Assembly: GCA_035455725.1 (NCBI GenBank) | Contig: DATIEM010000135.1 | Location: 1,764-65,763, forward strand | Direction of reading: 5' to 3' | DNA length: 64,000 nt | Source: Rhizomicrobium sp. | Lineage (GTDB): Bacteria > Pseudomonadota > Alphaproteobacteria > Micropepsales > Micropepsaceae | In this document: positions 46,139-55,860 of the stretch, piece after piece | Numbering within the stretch: position 1 is the stretch's first letter | Layout: each line of letters begins with the position of its first letter | The notes under the pieces: model-generated | Databases searched by the model: none | What the model was told of the DNA's origin: nothing | What the model saw: only the letters and a program-made list of their open reading frames with translations | Translations under genes and position numbers: made by a program

Positions 46139-47635
46139 ATGCGCAACGCAACCATCGCATTCGGTGTTCTTGCCGCCATCAGCCTTGCATTGCCTGCGTT
46201 GGCAAGAACTCCCGTTCGGCACGAGCCGGTCGCGCAGAAAGTGCTCAATGTCTCGACCCGGGGAGACGGTCCGGCCCATCAGCGCATCACGCTGGCGCTC
46301 GACAAGGCTGCGTTGGTGCAGCTCGATACCAATGCGCGCGATGTGCTGGTTTCAAACCCTGGAATTGTGGATGCCGTTGTGCGCACGCCGCGCCGCGTCT
46401 TCCTGCTGGCGATGAAAACCGGGCAGACCAATGCATTCTTCTTCGACTCGGCAGGCCACCAGATCCTCTCGATCGATATCCGCGTGGAGCGGGACGTCAC
46501 GGATCTGGGTGCGATGATGCACAACAATTTCTCGCATTCCAACATCCATGTTTCGGCGATGAACGACAACGTCGTGCTCACCGGCACTGTGCAGAACGCA
46601 ATGGAAGCCACACGCGCGCAGGATCTCGCGACGAGCTTCGCCGGCGACCCGAAGAAGGTCGTCAACATGCTGAAGGTGGACGCGAACGATCAGGTATTGC
46701 TCAAGGTCCGCGTGGCCGAGATGCAGCGCAGCGTTTCCAAGCAGTTCGGCATCGATCTTAGTGCCGCGATCAACGCATGGGGAGTTCCGATCGTCGCCCA
46801 GACCTCCAATCCGTTCGGCCTGGTCGGCAGGGCTCTTTCAGACGCGTCGGGAATGCAGGTCGGGCCGAATTGCCCGCTCTTCAACCAGTCGAGTCAGATG
46901 GCACCTTCGACTCATCTGTGTGCCAACGGCGTGCTGCAGGCACTTGAAGAAGTGGGCTTGATTCGCACGCTTGCCGAGCCAAACCTCACGGCCGTTTCGG
47001 GTGAAACAGCGCGCTTCCTGGCGGGTGGCGAATTCCCTGTGCCCGGCGGTCGCGACTCGCAAGGTAATGTGTCCATTATCTTCAAGCAGTTCGGTGTTGG
47101 CCTCTCTTTCACGCCGGTCGTGCTGAGCGAGAACCGCATTTCGCTCCAGATCTCGACGGAGGTGAGCGAACTGACCAACACGGGCGCATTTACCCTCTCT
47201 GCCGGCAGCGTGATCAACCCGCAGACGGGCGCGGTCACGAGCATCCCGGGCATTACGGTTCCGGCGCTCAATGTGCGTCGCGCACAGACCACGGTGGAAT
47301 TGCCCTCTGGCGGAAGCTTCGCCATCGCTGGTCTGCTGCAGCACACGACCAAGCAGCAAATTGACGCCTTTCCAGGTCTCAAGGATATGCCTGTTCTGGG
47401 TGCGCTCTTCCGCAGCCGTGATTTCCTGAACAACGAAACGGAGCTGGTGGTCCTGGTCAGCACCTATCTGGTGAAGCCGGTCTCCGGAAAGCACCTCGCT
47501 GCACCGACCGATGGCTTCGTGCCGCCGAGCGACGTCGACACAATCCTTACTGGCCGTCTCAACGTGCAGCATCCGCCGGTTACTGACGGACTGAAGTCCG
47601 CCGGCAATACCAAACTCGGCTTCATCGTTCAGTAG
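46139..47635 (+). CDS. cpaC: Tad secretin
   Basis: QVLLKVRVAEM, LAEPNLTAVSGETARFLAGGEFPVP, FKQFGVGLSFTP, PVLGALFRS, ETELVVLV. Confidence 0.94.
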   Translation: MRNATIAFGVLAAISLALPALARTPVRHEPVAQKVLNVSTRGDGPAHQRITLALDKAALVQLDTNARDVLVSNPGIVDAVVRTPRRVFLLAMKTGQTNAFFFDSAGHQILSIDIRVERDVTDLGAMMHNNFSHSNIHVSAMNDNVVLTGTVQNAMEATRAQDLATSFAGDPKKVVNMLKVDANDQVLLKVRVAEMQRSVSKQFGIDLSAAINAWGVPIVAQTSNPFGLVGRALSDASGMQVGPNCPLFNQSSQMAPSTHLCANGVLQALEEVGLIRTLAEPNLTAVSGETARFLAGGEFPVPGGRDSQGNVSIIFKQFGVGLSFTPVVLSENRISLQISTEVSELTNTGAFTLSAGSVINPQTGAVTSIPGITVPALNVRRAQTTVELPSGGSFAIAGLLQHTTKQQIDAFPGLKDMPVLGALFRSRDFLNNETELVVLVSTYLVKPVSGKHLAAPTDGFVPPSDVDTILTGRLNVQHPPVTDGLKSAGNTKLGFIVQ

Positions 47636-47640
47636 AGGAC

Positions 47641-48336
47641 ATGGTCATGCGCAAAGAACTCTTCCGCTTCGCCGCCCTGACGGCCATGTTGCTCGCAGGC
47701 AGCTGCGCCGCACCCGGCACTGACGATGGCAATCCACATTTTGCGGATCCCACTGCCAATCATCCGATCGTAGTGCAGCCCGAATCCCGCGCCGTGAGGG
47801 TTTACTACGGCGGTAGCGGCAGCCTGACACCGGAGGACATGGCGAAGCTGGATCGCGTGGTTAGCGACTACGAGGCGGGGGGCAGCGGATCCATCAGCAT
47901 TTCCGCGCCCGAAGGACCAGACTCGTCCGAGGCCATTTCTTACTTCGGCGAAAAGCTTGTCCAGATGGGCGTACCGCGCGCGAAAATCATGGTGGGCACG
48001 CACCCCACAACCGACGGAGACCGCAGGGTGGAAATCGGCTTCATCGGCTACGTGGCGCATACCGAACCGTGTGGCGACTGGTCGGAGGACGTCGCCATGA
48101 CCGATTCGAATCTGCCGATGCCGAACTTCGGTTGCGCCGTGCAGCACAATATTGCAGCCATGGTCGCCAACCCGCGCGACCTCGATGAATCGCGCCGCTT
48201 GGACGATGCGCCGGATGCAACCCGCCGCACCGCAGTCATTGGACACTACGAGCGAGGCGAAGTTTCGCAGGCGACGAAGAAGACGGTCGACAGCGGCGTG
48301 GAACAGTCCGCGCCTGGTTCGGGCCTTGGGGATTAA
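47641..48336 (+). CDS. cpaD: Pilus assembly lipoprotein
   Basis: Lipobox LAGSC, HPIVV, NFGCAVQHNIAAMVANPRDL. Confidence 0.9.
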   Translation: MVMRKELFRFAALTAMLLAGSCAAPGTDDGNPHFADPTANHPIVVQPESRAVRVYYGGSGSLTPEDMAKLDRVVSDYEAGGSGSISISAPEGPDSSEAISYFGEKLVQMGVPRAKIMVGTHPTTDGDRRVEIGFIGYVAHTEPCGDWSEDVAMTDSNLPMPNFGCAVQHNIAAMVANPRDLDESRRLDDAPDATRRTAVIGHYERGEVSQATKKTVDSGVEQSAPGSGLGD

Positions 48337-48345
48337 GGGGCGAAC

Positions 48346-49605
48346 ATGACAAAAGCGAACTCCTCCGCAGAAGAGGCCTTCGGCGCCGCGCCGCATGAGC
48401 GGCCGGTGCCTCGCATCTCGATCCGTTGCTTCTGCGAATTTCCGGATACCGGCGCAGCGCTCCAACGAGCGGGGGCGGACCGCCGTCTGTCCAAGGCAGA
48501 CATCGCCGTGCAACTCGGCGGCGTCCAGGCGGCTGTAGAACATCACGCCGCCCACCCGGGCCCGAATTTGCTGGTGGTGGAAACGCGGCTGCAAGGCAAA
48601 GGGGCGCTGGAGGAGATCGACCGGCTGGCCGAAGTCTGCGATCCCTCGACTAAGGTGATCGTTATCGGCCGCGTCAACGATGTGGAGCTCTATCGCGAGC
48701 TCATCCGGCGTGGGGTTAGCGAATATCTGGTCGCCCCGCTCAATCCTCTGCACCTGATCGAGGTTATCTCAGGACTTTATCTCAATCCGAATGCTGCTCC
48801 GGTCGGGCGAGTTATCAGCTTCGTCGGCGCCCGCGGCGGTGCGGGAACCTCTACAATCGCACACAATGCGGCCTGGTGCATTGCAGAGAAGATGCACATC
48901 AACACCACCATCGCGGACCTTGACCTCTCGTTTGGCACGGTGGGCCTTAACTTCAACGAGGAGCCAGGGCAGGGCATCGCGGAAGCGCTCTCCGCGCCGG
49001 AACGTCTGGATGACGTCCTGCTGGACCGGCTGCTGCTGAAGACCAGCGAACACCTGTCGTTGTTTGCAGCGCCGGCGGCCATGGACCGCACCTATGACGC
49101 GGATCCCGCGACGTTCGAGGCGGTCATTGACGTGGTGCGTCAGTCGACGCCCTGTGTGGTGATCGATCTTCCTCACCAATGGAACGATTGGATCAAGCAA
49201 ACCCTGCTGAGTTCCGACGAGATCGTCATTGTGGCCACTGCGGATCTTGCGAGCCTGCGCACCGCCAAGATGCTTAACGATCTGGTGAAGCAGAATCGCC
49301 CGAACGATCCACCCCCCAAGCTGGTGATGAACCAAGGCGGCGTTCCGAAGCGGCCGGAAATCCCGGTGAAGGATTTCGCCGCGACCGTGGGGCTTCTGCC
49401 AGCGGTAGTACTGCCGTTCGATCCGCAACTCTACGGCGCGGCCGCGAACAACGGTCAGATGCTCATGGAAGTGCAGCCGAAATCGCCGACCGCCGAGAGC
49501 ATCATGCGACTGGCGCAAATCGTTACCGGGCGTGTGGCTGTGCCGGAGTCCGAGAAGGGTGTCCTTCCGATCCTGTCTCTCCTGAAAGGACGCAAGCAGG
49601 CGTAA
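48346..49605 (+). CDS. cpaE: Pilus assembly localisation factor (receiver-like + ParA/MinD-like; TadZ)
   Basis: VIGRVNDVELYRELIRRGVSEY, GARGGAGTSTIAHN, DLDLSFGT. Confidence 0.92.
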   Translation: MTKANSSAEEAFGAAPHERPVPRISIRCFCEFPDTGAALQRAGADRRLSKADIAVQLGGVQAAVEHHAAHPGPNLLVVETRLQGKGALEEIDRLAEVCDPSTKVIVIGRVNDVELYRELIRRGVSEYLVAPLNPLHLIEVISGLYLNPNAAPVGRVISFVGARGGAGTSTIAHNAAWCIAEKMHINTTIADLDLSFGTVGLNFNEEPGQGIAEALSAPERLDDVLLDRLLLKTSEHLSLFAAPAAMDRTYDADPATFEAVIDVVRQSTPCVVIDLPHQWNDWIKQTLLSSDEIVIVATADLASLRTAKMLNDLVKQNRPNDPPPKLVMNQGGVPKRPEIPVKDFAATVGLLPAVVLPFDPQLYGAAANNGQMLMEVQPKSPTAESIMRLAQIVTGRVAVPESEKGVLPILSLLKGRKQA

Positions 49606-49608
49606 CCC

Positions 49609-51066
49609 ATGTTCGGAAAACGAGCTGGCATTTCGGATGCGCCGCGGCGGCCACCGGTTGCGCGTGCAGAACCGGCCGCAGCCGCAGTTGCCATAGCGGC
49701 TGGCGCTGATGCGCCGCCGCCCGTGCAGTCGCGAGGGCAGACACCCGCGCCGCCCCCAAAGCCCGCCGCTGCCAGGTTCGCCGACCAGCGCTCAGACGAT
49801 TATTATCAAATCAAGACTACGATCTTCAACGCGCTGATCGATACAATCGATCTGGCGCAACTGGCGCAGCTCGATCCCGATTCCGCCCGCGAAGAAATCC
49901 GCGACATCGTCAACGAGATCATCTCGATCAAAGCCGTTGTCATGTCGATCGCCGAGCAGGAACACCTGCTCCAGGACATCTGCAACGACGTGCTGGGCTA
50001 TGGCCCGCTGGAGCCGCTGCTGGCCCGCGACGATATTGCGGATATCATGGTCAATGGCGCCGGCCGGGTATTCATCGAGGTGGGCGGCAAGGTGCAGCTT
50101 ACCAGCATCCGCTTCCGCGACAATGCGCAGCTGATGAACATCTGCCAACGCATTGTGAGCCAGGTCGGCCGCCGCGTCGACGAAAGCTCGCCGATCTGCG
50201 ACGCCCGCCTCCTCGATGGCTCGCGCGTCAATGTCATCGCGCCGCCGCTATCGCTGGATGGCCCCACGCTCACCATCCGCAAATTCCGCAAGGACAAATT
50301 GCGGATGGACGACCTCGTCCGTTTCGGCTCGATCAGTCCAGCGGGATCGCGCGTGCTTGGGGTGATCGGCCGCTGCCGCTGCAACGTCCTGATTTCCGGA
50401 GGCACCGGCTCCGGCAAAACCACGCTGCTGAATACGATGACCGCGTTCATAGATGCCGATGAGCGCATCATCACATGCGAGGACGCCGCCGAACTGCAGT
50501 TGCAGCAGCCGCATGTCGTGCGGCTGGAAACGCGGCCGCCCAACCTCGAGGGGCAGGGCCAGATCACCATGCGCGATCTGGTACGGAATTGCCTGCGTAT
50601 GCGGCCGGAACGCATCATCGTGGGCGAAGTGCGCGGACCCGAAGCGTTTGATCTGCTGCAGGCAATGAACACCGGCCATGACGGCTCGATGGGAACGCTG
50701 CACGCCAACTCACCGCGTGAAGCCATGACGCGTCTGGAGTCGATGATCACGATGGGCGGTTTTTCGCTTCCGGTGCGCACCATCCGCGAGATGATCGTAG
50801 GGTCGCTGGACGTCATCGTGCAGGCCGAGCGCATGCGCGACGGCTCGCGCCGCATCACCAAGATCACCGAGATCGTCGGCACCGAGGGCGATGTGGTGAT
50901 TACCCAGGATCTCATGACATTCGAGATCACCGGAGAAGATGAAACCGGCCGGATGAGCGGCAAACATGTCGGAACAGGCATCGTGCGCCCTACCTTCTGG
51001 GAGCGCGCCCGCTACTTCGGCATGGAGCGGGAGCTGGCAGAGGCGCTTGACGAACTTCAGGTGTGA
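49609..51066 (+). CDS. cpaF: Tad pilus motor ATPase (TadA)
   Basis: Walker A GGTGSGKTT, CEDAAELQL, RMRPERIIVGEVRG, MNTGHDGS. Confidence 0.95.
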   Translation: MFGKRAGISDAPRRPPVARAEPAAAAVAIAAGADAPPPVQSRGQTPAPPPKPAAARFADQRSDDYYQIKTTIFNALIDTIDLAQLAQLDPDSAREEIRDIVNEIISIKAVVMSIAEQEHLLQDICNDVLGYGPLEPLLARDDIADIMVNGAGRVFIEVGGKVQLTSIRFRDNAQLMNICQRIVSQVGRRVDESSPICDARLLDGSRVNVIAPPLSLDGPTLTIRKFRKDKLRMDDLVRFGSISPAGSRVLGVIGRCRCNVLISGGTGSGKTTLLNTMTAFIDADERIITCEDAAELQLQQPHVVRLETRPPNLEGQGQITMRDLVRNCLRMRPERIIVGEVRGPEAFDLLQAMNTGHDGSMGTLHANSPREAMTRLESMITMGGFSLPVRTIREMIVGSLDVIVQAERMRDGSRRITKITEIVGTEGDVVITQDLMTFEITGEDETGRMSGKHVGTGIVRPTFWERARYFGMERELAEALDELQV

Positions 51067-51073
51067 GGGGTGA

Positions 51074-52051
51074 ATGGGAACGCTGGTTTATGTTATGATG
51101 GGTGCGTTCCTGCTGCTCGGAATGGGCGGCATCGCCTATAGCTTTGTGGTGCCATCAGGCGAAACATCCAGAAAGCGGATGTTGGCGGCTGCCGGGCCAC
51201 AGGTTTCGGCTGCCGGTCGCGCTTCCCAGGATGCCAACCAGCAGCGCCGCAAGAACGTGCAGTCGCTGCTCAAGGATCTCGAGAAGCAGCAAAAGGTGAA
51301 GAAACAGCGCCTGAGCCTGCGCCGCCGCATCGAGCAGGCAGGTCTTAACATCAGCGTTCGCACATTCTGGATGGCGTCGGCGGGTGCAGGCTTCTGCGCG
51401 TTCGCGATCGGCTTGCTTTATCGCGAGCCGCTTTTGGCCGACGGATTGGCCGCTTTCGGCGTCGGGCTCGGTCTTCCGCGATGGGTCCTGAACTTTCTGA
51501 AGAACCGCCGACAAAAAAAATTCACCGCCGAATTTGCCAACGCCATAGACGTAATCGTGCGCAGCGTCCGTTCCGGCCTGCCTGCGAACGAGGCTCTGAA
51601 GGTGGTGGCGCGGGAAATGGCGGTGCCTGTCAGCACTGAATTCGAGAAACTGGTCGAAAGCATGAAGGTTGGCGTCACGCTCGAGCAGGCGCTCAAGCGC
51701 ATGTATGACGCCATGCCAACTGCCGAGGTGAGCTTCTTCGGAATTGTCATGACGATACAGGCGAAGTCGGGCGGCAATCTCTCTGAGGCGCTGAATAATC
51801 TCTCGGGCGTGTTGCGCGATCGCAAGCGTCTGCAGGGGAAGATCAAGGCGATGTCTTCCGAAGCAAAAGCATCGGCCATGATCATCGGCTCGCTGCCGCC
51901 GGTCGTAATGACTCTCGTCTATCTGACAACGCCGGATTACATCAAGCTGCTGTTCACCGAGCGCATGGGCAACATCATGCTGGCCGGCTGCCTTTTCTGG
52001 ATGGGTTGCGGCATATTCGTGATGAAAAAAATGATCAGCTTCAAATACTGA
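51074..52051 (+). CDS. tadB: Tad inner-membrane platform protein
   Basis: FANAIDVIVRSVRSGLP, GGNLSEAL, KAMSSEAKASA. Confidence 0.9.
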   Translation: MGTLVYVMMGAFLLLGMGGIAYSFVVPSGETSRKRMLAAAGPQVSAAGRASQDANQQRRKNVQSLLKDLEKQQKVKKQRLSLRRRIEQAGLNISVRTFWMASAGAGFCAFAIGLLYREPLLADGLAAFGVGLGLPRWVLNFLKNRRQKKFTAEFANAIDVIVRSVRSGLPANEALKVVAREMAVPVSTEFEKLVESMKVGVTLEQALKRMYDAMPTAEVSFFGIVMTIQAKSGGNLSEALNNLSGVLRDRKRLQGKIKAMSSEAKASAMIIGSLPPVVMTLVYLTTPDYIKLLFTERMGNIMLAGCLFWMGCGIFVMKKMISFKY

Positions 52052-52061
52052 GGATGCAGGC

Positions 52062-53039
52062 ATGAGCACGGACGTCGGCATTCTAAACATGTTTTTCGAC
52101 CGCGATTTCCTGGTCACGGTATTCGTGGGGGTGTTGGCCTTTGCGACTGTCGTGACGCTTGGCTTGCCGCTGCTGGAGCGGCGCTCGCTGGGCAACCGCA
52201 TGAAATCCGTCGCGGAGCGTCGCGAAGAGTTGCGCCTGAAGCATCATGCGCAGCTCAATAAGCGCAGCAGCTTGCGCACCGAGCCTGTGAGTTTCATGAA
52301 ACAGACCCTGGAGCGGCTGAAGCTGTCGAATATCCTGGAGTCCGCGAACACACGGGAACGCCTGATGCAGGCGGGCTACCGCGGGCAGGCGCCTCTGGTC
52401 ACCTTCCTTTTCTTCCGCTTCGTGATGCCCTTCATCCTGTTTGCGGCGGCGCTGTTCTATCTTTTTGTCGTGCTGCACCTGTCGTGGGCGACCTACCAGA
52501 AATTCCTGGTCGCGATCGGTACTGCGCTGCTCGGCTTCTACGTACCCGATCTTTTCCTGTCGAACCGGATCCAGCGCCGCCGCGATTCCATCATCAGGGC
52601 CTTCCCGGATGCGCTGGACCTGCTGCTGATCTGCGTGGAATCGGGCATGTCGATCGAGGCGGCCTTCACCCGTGTGGCCAGCGAGATCGGCGTGCAGTCG
52701 GTGGAGCTGGCTGAAGAATTCGGGCTCACAACCGCCGAGCTATCCTACCTGCCCGACCGGCGGCAGGCCTTCGACAATCTGGCTAAGCGGTGCGGCGACT
52801 CCGGGGTGAAAGCGATCGCCGCGGCGCTTAATCAGGCGGAAAAATACGGCACGCCGCTGGGGCAGGCGTTGCGTGTCTGCGCAACGGAAAACCGCGAGCA
52901 GCGATTCTCCGCGGCCGAAAAGAAGGCTGCGGCGCTGCCGGCCAAGCTCACCGTGCCGATGATTGTGTTCTTCTTGCCGTGCCTGTTCGTCGTCATTATG
53001 GGCCCGGCAGTCATGAAGACGATGGCCACGCTTCATTAG
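52062..53039 (+). CDS. tadC: Tad inner-membrane platform protein
   Basis: FPDALDLLLICVESGMSIEAA, AEKYGTPL, AEKKAAALPAKLTVPMI. Confidence 0.92.
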   Translation: MSTDVGILNMFFDRDFLVTVFVGVLAFATVVTLGLPLLERRSLGNRMKSVAERREELRLKHHAQLNKRSSLRTEPVSFMKQTLERLKLSNILESANTRERLMQAGYRGQAPLVTFLFFRFVMPFILFAAALFYLFVVLHLSWATYQKFLVAIGTALLGFYVPDLFLSNRIQRRRDSIIRAFPDALDLLLICVESGMSIEAAFTRVASEIGVQSVELAEEFGLTTAELSYLPDRRQAFDNLAKRCGDSGVKAIAAALNQAEKYGTPLGQALRVCATENREQRFSAAEKKAAALPAKLTVPMIVFFLPCLFVVIMGPAVMKTMATLH

Positions 53040-53284
53040 GGGAACGCACGAGCTGCCATTTAAGCGCAGTTGAATGCGTTGATCGAATTACCGCGTCCAA
53101 CCGAATATCTTTCGCCGACACTCGCCGATGGGTCCGATCATGAGGCCTCGGCTAAGCCCCTCACTGCAAAGGTCGGTGCAAAGCGATGCATCTCCGCAAG
53201 AGCAATTTCCTCACCTGAGCCATCACCGGAAATTTGCGCGCGAACGGCCCATCACGTGGCGCTACAACGATAGCCAGCTGAGCG

Positions 53285-54679
53285 CTATTCGCCTTCGTCG
53301 GCGGTGCGCAGTGCGGGCGGCGCGGATTTCACCGGCGCTGCCGTCGTCACGACCGGCACCTTTGCCCCGGCCTTCGTAGGCGCAGACATTTTGGCCACGA
53401 CCGCCCCAGCGGTCTTGATGATCAGCGTTTTTTTCGCGACCGGCGTGTGGGTCGCCTCCTTCGCCGTCATCGCAGCCGTTCTTGTTGCCGCGCTAGAGTT
53501 GCCCGATGACTCCTTGGCCGCTTCCTGCGTGGCGACCTTTTTCTCCGCCGCAGCTGGATGCGCAGCAATTGCAGAGTCAGGAGCAGACTTGATCGGTCCG
53601 GCTAGCGGATCCTTCGGCACCGGCTGCATGACCACCACCGGGTGCGGCTCTTCCGCCGCCGGGGAGATGTTGCGCGGCCCCTTCATTGTGGCGCCCAGTG
53701 CTTCCTTCGGCGTGGCCGCGGCGGATGGCTCTTTGGCTGCGGCGAGAGCCTGCTTTGTCGTTATCGGGGGCGGCACTTTTGTTGTCGCGGCGACCGGCAT
53801 CGGCGGTTTGGTTGCCGCGGTCGCGGCCTGCGCTGTCGTTCTGGCGACTGCGGGCGCGGGCTGGTTCCGATTGCCGGCAGGTGTAGTCTGCGGTCGCGAC
53901 GTTTCCGCCACGATGGTCTTGTGTGTCTCAGGTGCTTTGGCCACCGCCGCCGGCGAAGATGTGGCAGGTGCGGATGGCTGCGCCTCGGCGGTGATCAGCT
54001 CGCGCGGCGGTTTTACAGACGGAGCGGGTTGCGTCTTCGCCGTGGAAACCGCTTTGCTGGTCTTCAGCTGCGCCAGCCAGGCGACGTTGTCTGCCACCTT
54101 TGGATTGTTCGCGCCGGCCGCTTGCGCCTGAGCCAACAGCTTCTGAGCGCCATCCAGATCTCCGGCGAGCATGCGAGAGACGGCGAAATTGTTCAGCACG
54201 GCGGGATCGCGCGGGTGCAGCATCAGGGCGCGCTCGTAGGCCGCCTTGGCATTCTTGCGGTCGTCCATCTGATCGTAGGCCACGCCCAACGCAGAAAAGA
54301 GAGTGGCATCGGTTGGTTTCAGTTCGGTCGCGCGTTTCAGAAATGCTGCCGCGTCATCAGCGCGCCCCTGCTGAACCAGCACCTTCCCGTACTCACCGAC
54401 GATCCGCGCATCATCGGGCGCCACCAGCACCAACTGCGCCAGCACCCGCGTGGCCTCAGCCAGCTTGCCTTGTCTTCGCAGGAGTTCGGCCTGCTGCAGG
54501 CCGCCGTCCAGGTCGTGGATGGCGTCGACGGCCGGGACCGAGGCTACCGCAATATCCGGGGTTTTTGACGCTACCGTCGCCGTTGCCTTTGGTGCCGGAG
54601 CGGGGGCGGATGCGCAACCCGCCCCCAGCACCGCAAGAGCGGTCAGAGCAGTCGTGGTAAACAGCAGCGGGCGAGGCAT
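53285..54679 (-). CDS. TadD-like TPR lipoprotein with long Ala/Pro/Thr/Lys-rich C-terminal tail
   Basis: Lipobox-like LGAGC; TPR repeats (YGKVLVQQG, LGVAYDQMD, LNNFAVSRMLAG); ~250 aa low-complexity tail; adjacent to tadC. Confidence 0.75.
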   Translation of the reverse strand: MPRPLLFTTTALTALAVLGAGCASAPAPAPKATATVASKTPDIAVASVPAVDAIHDLDGGLQQAELLRRQGKLAEATRVLAQLVLVAPDDARIVGEYGKVLVQQGRADDAAAFLKRATELKPTDATLFSALGVAYDQMDDRKNAKAAYERALMLHPRDPAVLNNFAVSRMLAGDLDGAQKLLAQAQAAGANNPKVADNVAWLAQLKTSKAVSTAKTQPAPSVKPPRELITAEAQPSAPATSSPAAVAKAPETHKTIVAETSRPQTTPAGNRNQPAPAVARTTAQAATAATKPPMPVAATTKVPPPITTKQALAAAKEPSAAATPKEALGATMKGPRNISPAAEEPHPVVVMQPVPKDPLAGPIKSAPDSAIAAHPAAAEKKVATQEAAKESSGNSSAATRTAAMTAKEATHTPVAKKTLIIKTAGAVVAKMSAPTKAGAKVPVVTTAAPVKSAPPALRTADEGE

Positions 54680-54722
54680 GGGCTTGCTCCGGAAAAGCGG
54701 CGCAAAGCTTGACCGGTAGCGG

Positions 54723-54737
54723 TCAATAAACCCTTAA
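54723..54737 (-). promoter_or_regulatory. CtrA-like box TTAA-N7-TTGA
   Basis: Minus strand ttaa gggttta ttga(c), 43 bp upstream of the TadD-like ATG. Confidence 0.55.
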
Positions 54738-54771
54738 GCATGGCAAGACCCAGCCTGGAACTTGGGCCAAA

Positions 54772-55860
54772 ATGCTGACGCAAAGGGGTGTTTGCGTCCC
54801 GAATATGAACGGATGTCGCGTGGTTGCACTGCCCGTGATAGCAGGGGCACTACTGGGCCTGATCGTTGCTGCGGCCGGTGTTCCCGCGGCTGGAGCAGGG
54901 GTGGTGCGGACCCCCTTCGTGATCGCCGCGGGCCCGACAGGCGGTACCTATTTCCCGGTTGGTGAGGCCATTGCCTCTATCGTGACCCACGCCCCGGGCG
55001 TCTATCGCTGCGAGAAGGCGGGTGTTTGCGGGCCCCCCGGGCTGATCGCCTCAGTCCGCACCAGTCCCGGCACGGTTTTCAACGTGTTGGCGGTCAACGC
55101 CCACATGGTCGATGCGGCGCTGGCGCAGTCCGATGTCGTCACTGAAGCAATAGCGGGTCGCGGCCCTTTCAAGAGCCATGGCGTGCAGAGCCATGTGCGC
55201 GCCATCGCCAATCTGTTCCCCGAAGAGGTGCATGTGATTGCGGCGCGCGCGGCGCATATCCGCTCAGTCGCCGATCTCCGCGGCAAGCGTGTCTCCATCG
55301 GACCCACCACCTCCGGCACGATTGTCACCGCCCGGGCGCTGTTTGCCGCCTACGGCGTGCCGCTCTGGCGCATCCGGGCGAACAACGACGATTCCGACGT
55401 CGCGGCGGAAAAGCTTGCCCAGGGGAAGCTGGATGCGATGCTGTTTGTGGGTGGTGCGCCGGTGCCGTTCGTGCGCGAGCTGCTGGCCGACGGCAAAATC
55501 GTCCTGGTGCCGGTGGATGGAAAAGGCCGTGCGCGGCTCCTGAAGCAATCGCGGGCAGTGCAGGCGGATACGATTCCGGCGGGGCTTTATTCGCACACCG
55601 CAAAGCTGGAGACGGTGGGTGTGCGCGCGATTCTGATCGTGAACGATGCGGTGAGCGACGGGACGGTGCACGATATCGCCCGGGCGCTGTTCAATCCGGC
55701 AAACCGGTCCACGCTGTGGGGCAGCCATCGCAGCGCCCAGGCAATCCGCATCGACACCGCCGCCAAGGATCTGCCCGCGCCGCTCCATCCCGGCGCGGCG
55801 CGCTTCTACAAGGAAGCCGGCAAGCTGCCGAAGGTGGCGGCGAAATCAGGCAAGACTTGA
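54772..55860 (+). CDS. TAXI family TRAP solute-binding protein
   Basis: IAAGPTGGTYFPVG, AQSDV, NLFPEEVH, DLRGKRVSIG, PLHPGAARFYKEAG. Confidence 0.88.
   Translation: MLTQRGVCVPNMNGCRVVALPVIAGALLGLIVAAAGVPAAGAGVVRTPFVIAAGPTGGTYFPVGEAIASIVTHAPGVYRCEKAGVCGPPGLIASVRTSPGTVFNVLAVNAHMVDAALAQSDVVTEAIAGRGPFKSHGVQSHVRAIANLFPEEVHVIAARAAHIRSVADLRGKRVSIGPTTSGTIVTARALFAAYGVPLWRIRANNDDSDVAAEKLAQGKLDAMLFVGGAPVPFVRELLADGKIVLVPVDGKGRARLLKQSRAVQADTIPAGLYSHTAKLETVGVRAILIVNDAVSDGTVHDIARALFNPANRSTLWGSHRSAQAIRIDTAAKDLPAPLHPGAARFYKEAGKLPKVAAKSGKT

Noticed and set aside
53400-54100. Low-complexity repeats as a tandem array or CRISPR
   Set aside because: In-frame Ala/Pro/Thr coding sequence; no constant-length direct repeats with spacers.
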